In this document: positions 10,201-19,536 of the stretch, in pieces
Layout: each line of letters begins with the position of its first letter
How positions within the stretch are numbered: the stretch's first letter is position 1
Assembly (NCBI GenBank): GCA_040776945.1
Contig: JAXGZN010000002.1
Coordinates: 96,001 to 160,000, forward strand
DNA: 64,000 bases
Direction of reading: 5' to 3'
From: Methanomassiliicoccaceae archaeon
Lineage (GTDB): Archaea > Thermoplasmatota > Thermoplasmata > Methanomassiliicoccales > Methanomassiliicoccaceae
Translations under genes and position numbers: made by a program
Notes under the pieces: model-generated
Database searches by the model: none
What the model was told of the DNA's origin: nothing
What the model saw: the letters and a program-made list of their open reading frames with translations, nothing else

Positions 10201-11993
10201 AGCTGTGGATGCGCATCGGCGTGGTGCAGGCCAAGCTGAACAGGATCGCGGACGCCGTGAGCAGCCTGGAGAGGTCCATCCACGTAGACCGGACCAACAA
10301 CCGCGCATGGCTCAACAAGGCCGCTCTCCTGGAGAAGCTGGGAGAGGACGAGGAAGCGCTCCTATGCTACGATACGGTCCTGGGCAACGAACCGCAGGAC
10401 CGCTATGCTTGGAGCGGGAAGGGCCGAATCCTCATGAAGATGGAGAAGCTCGACCACGCCAAACGGGCCTTCGATCGCGCACTGGAGATAGACCCTCAGC
10501 TGCCGTCAGCGGTAGAGGGCAGCGCTATGCTGGACAAGCTGCTCAAGGAACGCCAGATATCGATCTACGCGGCCAAGGTCTTGGAGCATGAGTACCGCCG
10601 TAACGCTAGGATAACCAGGGAGGAGGCGTTCAAGGAGTGCGGGCTGCCGTTCAGCGCGCTCGACGAGGTCACGGCCTTCCTAAAGGCCAGGGAGCAGGTG
10701 CACGTCGAGGCGCTCGACGAGGAGAGGTTCCGCGCCTATGAAGTGCTTTCCCGCGAGGTATTGATGGCCACACTAGGCAATCCCGGTTATCAGAAGCAAG
10801 GGCTGCGCCTAGCGGACGTGTACATGAACATGCGCGACCGCGACGTGGTGAGGGCCAAGAAGGTGATGGCGTACATCGAGACCGTGAACCGCATGGATTT
10901 CCCGCCTGAGAAGGTGGACCGCAAGACCGAGAAGATGGTGCGGGCGGCAATGGACCTGCCGGCCGACGCTCACAACACCTTGGGAGTGATGCAGCACCTC
11001 GAGGTCGGGCTGTACACCGCTCGCCGCATCGTCAGCATACTGAGCGATCTCAATGGTCGGGGGGCCCCTCCGAGGCAGTACCAGGCAGCAAGGGAAAGAG
11101 CGCCGGCGCCCGAACCGTCGTTCGAGGCTCCGCGCGAGGCGCCGGCGACCAGGGAGCGGCCACCGCTCGATGACGATCCAATAGCCGAGACACAGGAGGC
11201 AAGACCGATGTTCAGGAGAAGGAAGAAGGAGGAAGAGAGGCCCCCCCGGCCGGTGGACCGCAGCAACGCAGCGACGGTCACCTTCGACCCGGGCACCAGC
11301 GAGTACCACGGGCGCAAGTGCCTGTTCCACGGCGAGAGCGCAGTGGCGGTGTGCCCCAACTGCGGGACGCTGTTCTGCACAGAGTGCGCCGATAATCTGG
11401 ACGCCTGTCCGCGATGCAACCTGGCGATCGATTTCGTGGACCAAAGCAAGGTCCCCCTGGCAGTGGACGACCGCGATCTCATAGAGACCGATGCTCAACG
11501 CAAAGCGATCCAGCAGAGGTGGGCGATGAAACGGCTGGCCGAGGCGGACATGAACAGCCAGGCCAAGAAGAGGGAGATACGCGCCGCTACCCCGGACCGC
11601 GACAAGATGGTCGAGAAGCTCATGCGCGACACCCATAAGGCGTATGGGGGCACTCTTGTCCAGGACGCTCCAAAGCAGGCCTACCGGGCCGCTCTGGAGA
11701 GGACCGTGGAACCAACCCCGCAGGAGCCTACGCTTCAGGACCAGATAGAGCTTATCCAGCAGGACGCTCCTGAGCCTCAGGTATATGCACCGGCGGACCC
11801 TGACCCCGAAAGATCGGTCCACCGGCCGGCCGCAGAAGAGCCCATGGAAGAGGGGCCCGCTCCCGAGGAACTTCTTCCGGAGGACCTCATTCCAACGACA
11901 AAGAAAGCCGACGACAAGAGGGAGAAGCTCCTGGAGATACTGTCCCAGGATGATGCCCCATCGGAGGAGTCCAGAGACCTCAGCCGGCTTTGA
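7221..11993 (+). CDS. Giant tetratricopeptide-repeat protein (1590 aa) with C-terminal Zn-finger and acidic/Pro-rich tail
   Basis: Continuous TPR-like units over about 1100 aa (e.g. EEGLASYDEALQLDP), then CLFH..CPNC..CTEC..CPRC. SD AGGTGA upstream. Confidence 0.9.
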   Translation: MGFLESLRDKELRGLYRARKLIENADLQAARGNVPEAMAELEKAKDLVSRDGIKESPHSKDYASVLVLMSGVFLKVQSLEDALKAADKALTLAPADPMALAARARALAANGTHSEASAVMDKALELKGNDRKLLFDKAKVLEEAGRKEEAVATYMKVVEMDPSDIETYDVLIALDDRLKWSVAKAEALLRAKRTDDSLKALEDVLSQDPENVDVMLVKARILMERDDLEGALEIYDRALTVDPGSFSANLGKAQVLRASDNKEEAVRYYKEALKADLQRKETWAEVGPLLEELKRLEEAEKVYEHALDIDPRYLPALEGRYRTVVAQEKWPETVEAASNLLAQRPELAVHKQKIGALVKSQRFTEALDSTNQALQAFPGEPELLAEKRDISVALGMGDEVVKNSEEILARNPQDPESMYQLGVAYSKAMRFPESAKTLEKALKVHENKEKVLIALKDAYKGSGKDRDVLDACDRLLRVNPKNTSAMIDAGIALDRSGRRDDATQLYERALDLEPGNQDALRNLCISLFNQKKLDRALERAIAGTQLFSSDPAFWRVKGDTLYATGRFSEAAEALAKAISLEPGNKLLWWSRGMALVSDQRYEEGLASYDEALQLDPNDFNIWISKGMVLSLMERHAQAIQGFDRALALDDNSKIAHTHRGKALAMVGMHAEAVRSFDRSLSLGHRDLEALEARKESLKVMGITDEIIATCEQILKLDPRNRAAAVDRALALQSAGRVDDALKAYNRVLDNEPRDIMVLERKKDALRIKGDHQGVIEVCNILLQIEPRSKTAHADRGDALVALGRTEDALVEYDYASKLDPGDKVMLNKKGLVLMDLGNFNAAAEAFDQGWRLDPGDSIMLDNKGRALLAGQDATGALEAFNEAATLNPSNHTFRMDQGRALAALGHYDEALDRLDEGLALNGQDHQIWRYKGNVLFKMGNKEQAVQSYERSIELGGNVASTFRSKGRAEEELGRLEDALSSYLSATESEPNDAQLWMRIGVVQAKLNRIADAVSSLERSIHVDRTNNRAWLNKAALLEKLGEDEEALLCYDTVLGNEPQDRYAWSGKGRILMKMEKLDHAKRAFDRALEIDPQLPSAVEGSAMLDKLLKERQISIYAAKVLEHEYRRNARITREEAFKECGLPFSALDEVTAFLKAREQVHVEALDEERFRAYEVLSREVLMATLGNPGYQKQGLRLADVYMNMRDRDVVRAKKVMAYIETVNRMDFPPEKVDRKTEKMVRAAMDLPADAHNTLGVMQHLEVGLYTARRIVSILSDLNGRGAPPRQYQAARERAPAPEPSFEAPREAPATRERPPLDDDPIAETQEARPMFRRRKKEEERPPRPVDRSNAATVTFDPGTSEYHGRKCLFHGESAVAVCPNCGTLFCTECADNLDACPRCNLAIDFVDQSKVPLAVDDRDLIETDAQRKAIQQRWAMKRLAEADMNSQAKKREIRAATPDRDKMVEKLMRDTHKAYGGTLVQDAPKQAYRAALERTVEPTPQEPTLQDQIELIQQDAPEPQVYAPADPDPERSVHRPAAEEPMEEGPAPEELLPEDLIPTTKKADDKREKLLEILSQDDAPSEESRDLSRL

Positions 11994-12101
11994 ACGCTGA
12001 TCCATGGCCGCCCTGGCCGTTGCGTCCTCGGCGGCCTGCCCTTCCTATCTCAGCATCATCAGGGACAACGGTCTCCCCGGGAATGTCCCGAAGCGCTCTC
12101 G

Positions 12102-13403
12102 TCAATAATCGATCAGGTCGTCCTTCTTCATGAACTCCCTGAGGAGCGAGGTGGCGTAGCAGCCCTTGTTCAATGAGAATGAGAACCGGACATCCTCCCC
12201 AACGACCTCATGATCGAGGTCTATGATGCGCCCCAGCACCTCGCGGCGGTTGCCCTTGGACGAGCATTGGTGCAGGTACGGCACCACAAAGTCCTTGTTC
12301 TCCAGACCCTCAGACGAGATGACCGCCCTCTCGATCTCGCCCATCTCGCCTTCGCACAGCACCGACTCGGACCCGAACAACACCGCGCTGACGAACGCCC
12401 GCCCGTTTCGAACCTGCCTTTCCACGAGGTCCAGGTTCCCGGCGGTCACCGGGACGCCCCGGTCATGGTCCGGCAGTCCCAGCCGATCGGCCGGCAGGAC
12501 CACGTCCCCGACCAGCGGCCGGCCTAGCGGCAGGCCGCGGCGGATGCGCTCGCTCAGCATCCGGTTGAACAGGTATGATTGGTAGGCATGCACGAACATC
12601 ATCTGCAGGTTTGGCGGCAGGACCTGTATCGCCCCCACATAATCTCCCGGATTGCGGGCCAGGTACCCAATTACCATGCGCTCGAAGGTCAGCGTCCGGG
12701 GGAAATAATCCAGCGCCCGTTGGAAATCCCGCTCGCGATCAAGGGTTCGTCTGGCCTCCCGGGCCTCCTCGCTCTCCTGGGCCACCGGGTTCCCTGCATA
12801 GGTCATGGCCGCTCTTTCGAAGTCGCCCCTGACGATCCACTTGCCGACCTCGTGGGTCACCGGACGAACGGCCCCGAAACGCTGTACTCCAAAGAAGTTG
12901 GGAAAGCCCCCCAGCTCCTTCAGCGCCCCTGAGGTGCGCTCCAGCGAAGAGCTGAGGTCGTCGCCGGAAAGGGAGACGCCAGTGACCAGGATCCTGAAAC
13001 GGTTGCCCACCAGATCGCCTATGGCAAGCGGCTTCCTCGCAGGATAGGCATCCTCGACCTTAACCTGGTGAACGTCGATCCCCATCACCTGCTCCACCGG
13101 AGCCTGGAAGGACATCAGCTGGGACGTTATCGCCCTTTTATCCTTGGTGCCGGCGAACCCTATCGCGTCCCGCGATATGCGCAGCGCCTTCGACAGCTCT
13201 CGCACCAGGCGGTTCATCTCCCAGTTCTGGGCGGTGACCTTGGCGATGGTGAACCGGCCGCCCTCGGAGCGCTCAGGGTATGATGATATCTCCTCCACCT
13301 GAAAATCCTCAGGGGAGCGTTTCAAACGGCCGCCGATGCCGGGGGCATCGGTATAGAAGACCTCGAGGCCGATGAGGGCCTCGCGAGAACTGCACTCCAG
13401 CAT
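12102..13403 (-). CDS. truD: tRNA pseudouridine(13) synthase
   Basis: FAGTKDKRAITSQ, GNRF, PNFFGVQRFG and GCYATSLLRE. Start ATG 13403, 1 nt after the rpoL stop. Confidence 0.95.
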   Translation of the reverse strand: MLECSSREALIGLEVFYTDAPGIGGRLKRSPEDFQVEEISSYPERSEGGRFTIAKVTAQNWEMNRLVRELSKALRISRDAIGFAGTKDKRAITSQLMSFQAPVEQVMGIDVHQVKVEDAYPARKPLAIGDLVGNRFRILVTGVSLSGDDLSSSLERTSGALKELGGFPNFFGVQRFGAVRPVTHEVGKWIVRGDFERAAMTYAGNPVAQESEEAREARRTLDRERDFQRALDYFPRTLTFERMVIGYLARNPGDYVGAIQVLPPNLQMMFVHAYQSYLFNRMLSERIRRGLPLGRPLVGDVVLPADRLGLPDHDRGVPVTAGNLDLVERQVRNGRAFVSAVLFGSESVLCEGEMGEIERAVISSEGLENKDFVVPYLHQCSSKGNRREVLGRIIDLDHEVVGEDVRFSFSLNKGCYATSLLREFMKKDDLIDY

Positions 13404-13404
13404 G

Positions 13405-13677
13405 TCACTTGCTCTTTTCCAGCTTCTCCCGCGCTTCCTTGAACTCATTGGCCACGGACTTGGCGGCCCTCTTCAGCGCGGTCTGGGGTTTGCCGCTCTT
13501 CACCTTGATGTAGAGGATGGGAACATCCAGGTCAGGGTGTCCAGTGGTGAACTTGACATCCTCCACGCCCTCGTCGGCCAGCAGCTCGCTGATGAGGGGC
13601 TGGATCAGGGTCATGTCGGCATCGCGGATCTGGACGCGCAGGGAATCCTTATCCTTGTCTAGAAGCTGGAGTTGCAT
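13405..13677 (-). CDS. rpoL: RNA polymerase subunit L (Rpo11)
   Basis: Short protein with TLIQPLISELL...GHPDLD pattern. TTTATAA box upstream (13700-13708). Confidence 0.85.
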   Translation of the reverse strand: MQLQLLDKDKDSLRVQIRDADMTLIQPLISELLADEGVEDVKFTTGHPDLDVPILYIKVKSGKPQTALKRAAKSVANEFKEAREKLEKSK

Positions 13678-13809
13678 GTGGCGCTCAATACTCCAACTTA
13701 TTATAAAGGTTTTCTTTACCCGCACCGGCATCCCAGCAAGCGCGACTGGTAGGTCCATCATGGGCCAGGTCGATGGCCGCACTTGCCGGGCGAGGTCGAT
13801 GGAACCGCT

Positions 13810-15570
13810 TCACCCCTCAACTTTCTTTAACTGCTTGTCGTACATCTCCAGCAGCTCCTGGCTGGTGGTGGCGTCCCTCGGCCGCTTGTCGTCCCTGAAG
13901 GTCCCGGTGAAGCGCGGGAACCGCACGGCCAGACCTGCGCCGTTCTTCACGCTTCCGTGAGCGCAGGTGTGGATTGGAGATATGCTCAGCTCCGCCCCGA
14001 GGACCTCAAGGACGAGCGAGGGCTCGAACCACACGTCGGCCTCCATCTTTGACTCCACCAGCGGATGACGTGACGATTGCTTGAACCGGTCCAGTCTCTC
14101 CGGGAGCACTGCTAGGGTAGCATCGTCGAACCCGCTCCCCAGCTTACACGCCGTCTCGAAGCGGTCCTCTTCTGGATTGTAGGTCGCCATAAGAAGGGCG
14201 CCGTAAACACCGCCTCTCTTTCCGCGCCCATGGAACGCGCCGACCACCACCAGATCGACGGTGTCATTCATCTCCGAACGGTACTCCTTCTTGTACTTGA
14301 TCCACAGGAAGCCCCTGGAGCCGGCACGGTACACCGAGTCGTCGTTGATGGACTTGGCCATAAGCCCCTCGCATCCTGCGTTTAGGGCCTCCACGAAGAA
14401 CTCCTGGACCTTTTCCGGGTCGTCGATGACGCGCGCTTCGGACAGCCGCACGCCCTCCGTCACCCTGACGCAGCGGGTGAGCGCGGTGCGGCGGTCCGGC
14501 AGCGGCTCTGTGGTGAGGTCCTTTCCCTCAAGGTACAGGCAGTCGAAGAGGTGCAGGCGTACTGGATAATCCTCGATGGCTTCCGTGAGCCCGTGCTTCC
14601 GTCCACGGCGGTGGGAGACCTCCTGGAACGGGAGCATCTCCCCCGTGTTGATGTCCACCGGGACGCACTCCCCCTCGAGGATGGCACGTTGGCCGGTGAA
14701 CGCCTCCTCCAGCGCCTTGACCACGTCGGGGAACTGGCCAGTAAGGTCCTCAAGCCTCCTCGAGTAGAGCGTGATCTTGCCGCCGTCGATGTGCGCCTGA
14801 ACTCGAAGCCCGTCGTACTTGTACTCGAACATGGCCCGCCCGCCCATCTTCTCCAGGATCTCCTCCGGCGAGGGAAGGCGCTCCGCCAGCATCGCCCGGA
14901 TGGGATTGCCGACCATCACATGCATCTCGTTGAGGCCGTCGATGCCCTTCCTGCACAGCGTCTCCCCGACCAGGCCGAGATCGGAAGTGATGTTGAACGC
15001 CCTCTCCACCGCATCCTTCTCTGCCTTGGTGGCGAAAGCCTGGGCCAATGAATCGATCACCGTCTGCGCGGCGACGCCCAGCCGCATGCGGCCGGTGACT
15101 ATGCGGGCGATGTATTTGGCCTCGACAGGCTTGGCGTCATGCAGAATGTCCGCGAGGCAGCGCATCTTGCTCTCCTGCGAGCCGCTGCCCTCCAGGCGGG
15201 CGACGCGCATGAGGGCCTCGTATACCCTGTCCAGGGTCAGGGGCTCGGAGAACAGCGTGGTCTGCCTCTTGGTCTCGAGCACCTTCTCCGTCACCGTCCC
15301 CGGGTCACCCTCCTCGGCCCAAAGCTTGCGCACCGCGGCCTCCCTGGCCCCGGAGGCCGAGAGCAGCGTCCGCAGGTAAAGCTTGTCGGCCATGCCCAGC
15401 TTCTCCGGGAAGAAGTCAGGGACGATATTGCCCTGGGTCATGTACACGATTTGCCGGATATGGGCGCAATCTGTTGAGCGAAAGAGGTCGGCCAGCGTAT
15501 CGGTCATGGCCAGCCTGGAAGTGGTGGACTCAAGCGCCTGATAGACCCTCACCAGGTCCAGGTAGAGCAT
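13810..15570 (-). CDS. lig: ATP-dependent DNA ligase
   Basis: EYKYDGLRVQAH (motif I), EGLMAK, WIKYK, RFPRF...RDDK. Confidence 0.97.
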   Translation of the reverse strand: MLYLDLVRVYQALESTTSRLAMTDTLADLFRSTDCAHIRQIVYMTQGNIVPDFFPEKLGMADKLYLRTLLSASGAREAAVRKLWAEEGDPGTVTEKVLETKRQTTLFSEPLTLDRVYEALMRVARLEGSGSQESKMRCLADILHDAKPVEAKYIARIVTGRMRLGVAAQTVIDSLAQAFATKAEKDAVERAFNITSDLGLVGETLCRKGIDGLNEMHVMVGNPIRAMLAERLPSPEEILEKMGGRAMFEYKYDGLRVQAHIDGGKITLYSRRLEDLTGQFPDVVKALEEAFTGQRAILEGECVPVDINTGEMLPFQEVSHRRGRKHGLTEAIEDYPVRLHLFDCLYLEGKDLTTEPLPDRRTALTRCVRVTEGVRLSEARVIDDPEKVQEFFVEALNAGCEGLMAKSINDDSVYRAGSRGFLWIKYKKEYRSEMNDTVDLVVVGAFHGRGKRGGVYGALLMATYNPEEDRFETACKLGSGFDDATLAVLPERLDRFKQSSRHPLVESKMEADVWFEPSLVLEVLGAELSISPIHTCAHGSVKNGAGLAVRFPRFTGTFRDDKRPRDATTSQELLEMYDKQLKKVEG

Positions 15571-15648
15571 GAGGCAAAGTATGGCATTTCCCTATTAATC
15601 GGCATCGCCGACCCGCCATACGGATGCCGGCTGGCAGGCGACAGGCGG

Positions 15649-17241
15649 CTAGGCGAAGTCGGCGAGGGTGTTCTGTCCCTTCTTCAAGGCCTTTTCCTTC
15701 TCCTTCCTCTGGACAGCGGTCTCGCGGTCCCATTGCTGCTTAAGGGAGTACAGTCTCTTCCGCATCTCCCGCTCCTTCCTCTCGCTGGAGTTCAGCGAGG
15801 CCTCGTCCCTGGTGCCCGCGGTGATGAGAACGACCACACGCCCGGCCCGTGAGCGGCCGGTGCGGCCGCGGCGCTGGATCGAGCGTATCTCTGAAGGCAC
15901 CGGCTCGTAGAAGATCACGAGGTCGGTGTTCGCCACGTCCAACCCCTCCTCGCCGACAGAGGTGGCGACCACGACATTGAACTCGCCCTCGCGGAAGCGC
16001 TGCAGAACACCGATCTGTTCCTTCTGCTTTAGGCCCTTCTCATTGATGCGGCCCGACTGCCCTATGAGCTTGGTGACCCGGGCCCCATCGATTCGCGCCA
16101 GGAGATTGGTCACCATGTCACAGGTATCTCGGTACTGGGTGAACACCAGGACGCGGGAGTCGGGCTTCACCTGCAGCTGGTTGCTGACGATGCCCATGAC
16201 CCGTGAGATCTTGGGATGCTCCATCCTCAGCGTGGACACCAGGCGGACGACCTCCTCGAACTCGTCCGAGGCCACGATGGCCCTCGAGGCCTTGGACCCA
16301 TCGTCCGAGGCTGCCTCCGCCTTCAGCTTCTCCAAGTAGCTGCTTAACGCGGTGACCCCCTGCGTTTCCGCGAGCTCTAGCGCGTGCCCGACCTTGATCG
16401 CTCTGGCCTGCACCGACAGGGCGTTGTACAGCGTATGGCTCTTCTCCCCCTTGTTCAGCCTCATTTGGACCATGCGCTGCACCTCCAGAAGGTACTTGAT
16501 CGAAGGGGGCCGAGCGGCGTTCATCACCCCCATGTTGACCAGTTCCTTGATGTACCGGCCATACAGCTTTCGGAGCACGTCGGCGACCTTGCGCATGCCC
16601 ACTGGGACCTCGACCTCCACCCAATCGACATTGATATCATGGACATAGCTCGAGACGTCCGGGTCCGCCTCGGACCGTACCTCGATGTTCTCGATGCCCA
16701 GGTTCGAGCACACCTCCTTGATCTTGGCCATGCTGGAACCGGGGGAGGCGGTCATGCCCAGCACCAGGCCGCCCTGGCCCATATACTCCCGGGCGATCTT
16801 CACGTACGCGTAGTTGCCGACACCACGGTGGGCCTCATCGAATATGATGAGCCGGACATCGCGGAGCGAGATCCTCTCTGTCCGGAGGTCGTTGGCGACG
16901 ACCTGCGGCGTGGACGCTATGACGTCGCTCTGCACCCACTCGGCCTCGCGCTCCTCCGGGTCCACCTCGCCGGTGAGGACCGCTGTCCGTTTGCCAACGA
17001 GCTTGTCCCTGAGGAACATTGCATGCTGCTCCACCAGCGGCTTGGTCGGAGCTAGAAGGAGGACCTTTCCTTTCTTCCTCGACAGGACGTCGGCGATGAC
17101 CAGCAGGGCGATCACCGTCTTGCCCATCCCGGTCGGGAGAACGACGAGCGTGGACTCTCTGAGGCACGCATCGGCCAAGGTCCGCTGGTACTCCCGGAGC
17201 TCGATGCTCTCCTTGAGTATCAAGGGGTGCTCGACGAACAC
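15649..17241 (-). CDS. hef: Hef/FANCM-like SF2 helicase (no XPF nuclease domain)
   Basis: PTGMGKT, DEAH, TASPG, ATSVGEEGLDV, QRRGRTGR. Start GTG 17241 (MFVEHPLI). Confidence 0.92.
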   Translation of the reverse strand: MFVEHPLILKESIELREYQRTLADACLRESTLVVLPTGMGKTVIALLVIADVLSRKKGKVLLLAPTKPLVEQHAMFLRDKLVGKRTAVLTGEVDPEEREAEWVQSDVIASTPQVVANDLRTERISLRDVRLIIFDEAHRGVGNYAYVKIAREYMGQGGLVLGMTASPGSSMAKIKEVCSNLGIENIEVRSEADPDVSSYVHDINVDWVEVEVPVGMRKVADVLRKLYGRYIKELVNMGVMNAARPPSIKYLLEVQRMVQMRLNKGEKSHTLYNALSVQARAIKVGHALELAETQGVTALSSYLEKLKAEAASDDGSKASRAIVASDEFEEVVRLVSTLRMEHPKISRVMGIVSNQLQVKPDSRVLVFTQYRDTCDMVTNLLARIDGARVTKLIGQSGRINEKGLKQKEQIGVLQRFREGEFNVVVATSVGEEGLDVANTDLVIFYEPVPSEIRSIQRRGRTGRSRAGRVVVLITAGTRDEASLNSSERKEREMRKRLYSLKQQWDRETAVQRKEKEKALKKGQNTLADFA

Positions 17242-17307
17242 GCTTCCCCATAATGGGCGCCGTTGAAGTACCTTATGGTCGCCCGCCCGCAAATGCCGAA
17301 AGTGCGG

Positions 17308-17994
17308 TCAGAACCACTTCGCCGTTCCGGCCCGCCGCAGTGGGCGAACAAGCTCCTCAGAGTCCTTGCTGATGTCGTTCACCGCCTTGGAGACCGGAAA
17401 CGCCTCCATGCGTTCCGAGGGGAACGGCGCGAAGATGCGTTCCCGCGTCGCTCTCTCCAGCGGCCCTGGCGCTAGCCAGGTGCCTTCGTCCTCCCGCGAG
17501 AGGACCACCGGCATGCGGTCGTGGATATCGGACATGAGCTCGTTGGCCGCGGTGGTTATGATGGTGAAGCTCTGAACCTCCTCGCCCGAAGGGCCCCTCC
17601 ATCGATCATAGAGCCCGGCCATTGCGAACAATCTCTCGTCCTTTACCCTGGCGAGATATGGGGTCTTGCCATCGGTGGCGCTCTTCCATTCGTAGAACCC
17701 CGTGGTCGGGACCAGGCACCGGCGGTCCTTGAGAGAGGCTCGGAACGCCGGCCTCTCGGCCACACCTTCGGCGCGAGCGTTGATCATTCGAGATCCGATC
17801 TTTGGGTCCTTGGCCCAGAAGGGGATGAGCCCCCAGCGCATCATGACCAGGCGGTTGCTGCCGCGAACCACGACCGGCGCTTCCTGGGTCGGCGCCAGGT
17901 TGTATCTCGGGCGAGGCATGTCCGCGATCGGTGCGTCGATGGAGAAACGGGTGATAAGGTCCTTGACCTCGCCGATAGTGAAGCGTCCGCACAT
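17308..17994 (-). CDS. SOS response-associated peptidase (SRAP/HMCES/YedK family), abasic-site protection protein
   Basis: N-terminal MCGRF (catalytic Cys2), RYNLAPTQ, MRWGLIP, INARAE, GFYEW, IHDRMPV. Confidence 0.95.
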   Translation of the reverse strand: MCGRFTIGEVKDLITRFSIDAPIADMPRPRYNLAPTQEAPVVVRGSNRLVMMRWGLIPFWAKDPKIGSRMINARAEGVAERPAFRASLKDRRCLVPTTGFYEWKSATDGKTPYLARVKDERLFAMAGLYDRWRGPSGEEVQSFTIITTAANELMSDIHDRMPVVLSREDEGTWLAPGPLERATRERIFAPFPSERMEAFPVSKAVNDISKDSEELVRPLRRAGTAKWF

Positions 17995-18297
17995 GCGGAT
18001 GATACGCACTGCCATGGCGATAATCATTGGCATAGATAGGGAGGTCCGGGGGCTATGCCCACCTGTGAAACAAGCCAATTGGCCCGCTCATTGCCCGGTC
18101 CAGCGCTTTCATGCCCGAACGGCGGTCCGTTCCGCGGGCGCCCTTGGCGTTCTCCTCCATCCTCTACCTCGATGTAGCCCGTGTCAGTGAGGCCTCCCTC
18201 GGACGGCCGTTCATGCCCTCGTTATGAGAGCGCTGCCCAGGCCCAGATGCGGCCCCGTCGCGTAACAAAAAGGGAAAAGAGGGTAAAGGGAAAGGGT

Positions 18298-18621
18298 TCA
18301 GTGGCAGCTGGAACAGGATCCGCTGCACGAGGAACGCAGGTTGGGGTTGTTGACGATAAGACCCGCTCCGCTGGGGGTCTCGATGTAATCCACGGTGGAG
18401 CCCTCGAGCATCTCTTTGGTCTCGCCATCATAGTAGAAAGAGAACCCATTGACCTTTTGCTCGATGTCATCGTCGTTCTTCTTCTCCTGGAAGGCCATCC
18501 CGAACTGGGGGCCAGAGCAGCCCATGCCGGCAAGGTAGATCCTTATCCCATAGCCTTTCTTATCGTTCTTCTCCAGCAGGTCGTTTATGAACTTGATCGC
18601 TTCAGAGGATACCTCTACCAT
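18298..18621 (-). CDS. HesB/IscA family Fe-S cluster carrier
   Basis: GMGCSGPQFGM and C-terminal NPN..SSCSGSCSSC. Confidence 0.88.
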   Translation of the reverse strand: MVEVSSEAIKFINDLLEKNDKKGYGIRIYLAGMGCSGPQFGMAFQEKKNDDDIEQKVNGFSFYYDGETKEMLEGSTVDYIETPSGAGLIVNNPNLRSSCSGSCSSCH

Positions 18622-18756
18622 ATCCGATCACCTAGTCATCTGAGAATTGTTAAGGTATATAAGACGATTGCCTGTCTAGTGCGGTGCTTTCGTTCAGATC
18701 GCCGGCCTGCGCCCGCCAAGGTTTTATCGTTCCAGGCCCATGCGGTCGTCAGGAAC

Positions 18757-19224
18757 ATGGAGCTCACCTCGCGCGAGATGGCCAGGAAGGACCTTCCACA
18801 GGTCGTCGCCATCAGCAGAGAGAACATGGCCTCGATAATATTCTCATCCTGGGGCGTCGAGTATCGCGACGAGGACCTCCTCCACATGCTCCTGGAGCCG
18901 ACCGCTTTCACCGAAGTGTTCGAAATGGACGGGAAGATCGTCGCCTATTATTCCGTTGACGAACGGAACGACAACCTGTTCATCAATTCCATACAGGTCC
19001 TGAAGGGCTATCGGAACCAGGGGCTAGGAGCAAGGATGATGGAGCGCATCGAGGTCCGGGCCAAGGAGAACCGTCTGATGGGCATCGAGCTCTGGGTCCA
19101 GATCACCAACCGCTCGGCCATGGAGTTCTACCGCCATATGGGCTATCGGATGGTGTCCCGCCAGGGGAACAACTATCTCATGCGCCGCCGCCTCGATCCT
19201 CAGGAGGGCTGGCGTTTCGTCTGA
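18757..19224 (+). CDS. GNAT family N-acetyltransferase
   Basis: IQV...YRNQGLG and N..AMEFY..MGY motifs. The longer ORF from 18181 overlaps hesB antisense and is rejected. Confidence 0.88.
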   Translation: MELTSREMARKDLPQVVAISRENMASIIFSSWGVEYRDEDLLHMLLEPTAFTEVFEMDGKIVAYYSVDERNDNLFINSIQVLKGYRNQGLGARMMERIEVRAKENRLMGIELWVQITNRSAMEFYRHMGYRMVSRQGNNYLMRRRLDPQEGWRFV

Positions 19225-19536
19225 TCGTTCGGCCCGCTCAAAGAGAGGCTAGACCAGGCAGGTCCACCCCGAGACCTCGCTCCGGCGGGGAGGGGCATAC
19301 GGACGACCGTGCACGCACCGGCCTCCAGAGTGGCAGCGGCGGCCCGCGAGCGGCCGGAGCATGACCGGGTCCCCGGCTCCGGCGTAAGGGCGTTCGCATG
19401 AACGCCTTGTTTTTAAATAAAAGGATGATGGACAGCGCTCAGGCCATCAGGCCACGGGCGGTCATCGGCCCGCCTCGATCAATACAGAATACTAGAAATC
19501 CTTATCTGACAGTATCCGTTTCCAGCGGCACCTCAT

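Noticed and set aside
10809-12005. 398-aa minus-strand ORF
   Set aside because: Antisense shadow of the TPR gene C-terminal region.
18181-18756. Apparent 347-aa GNAT fusion
   Set aside because: The upstream part is the antisense of hesB. The GNAT begins at ATG 18757.
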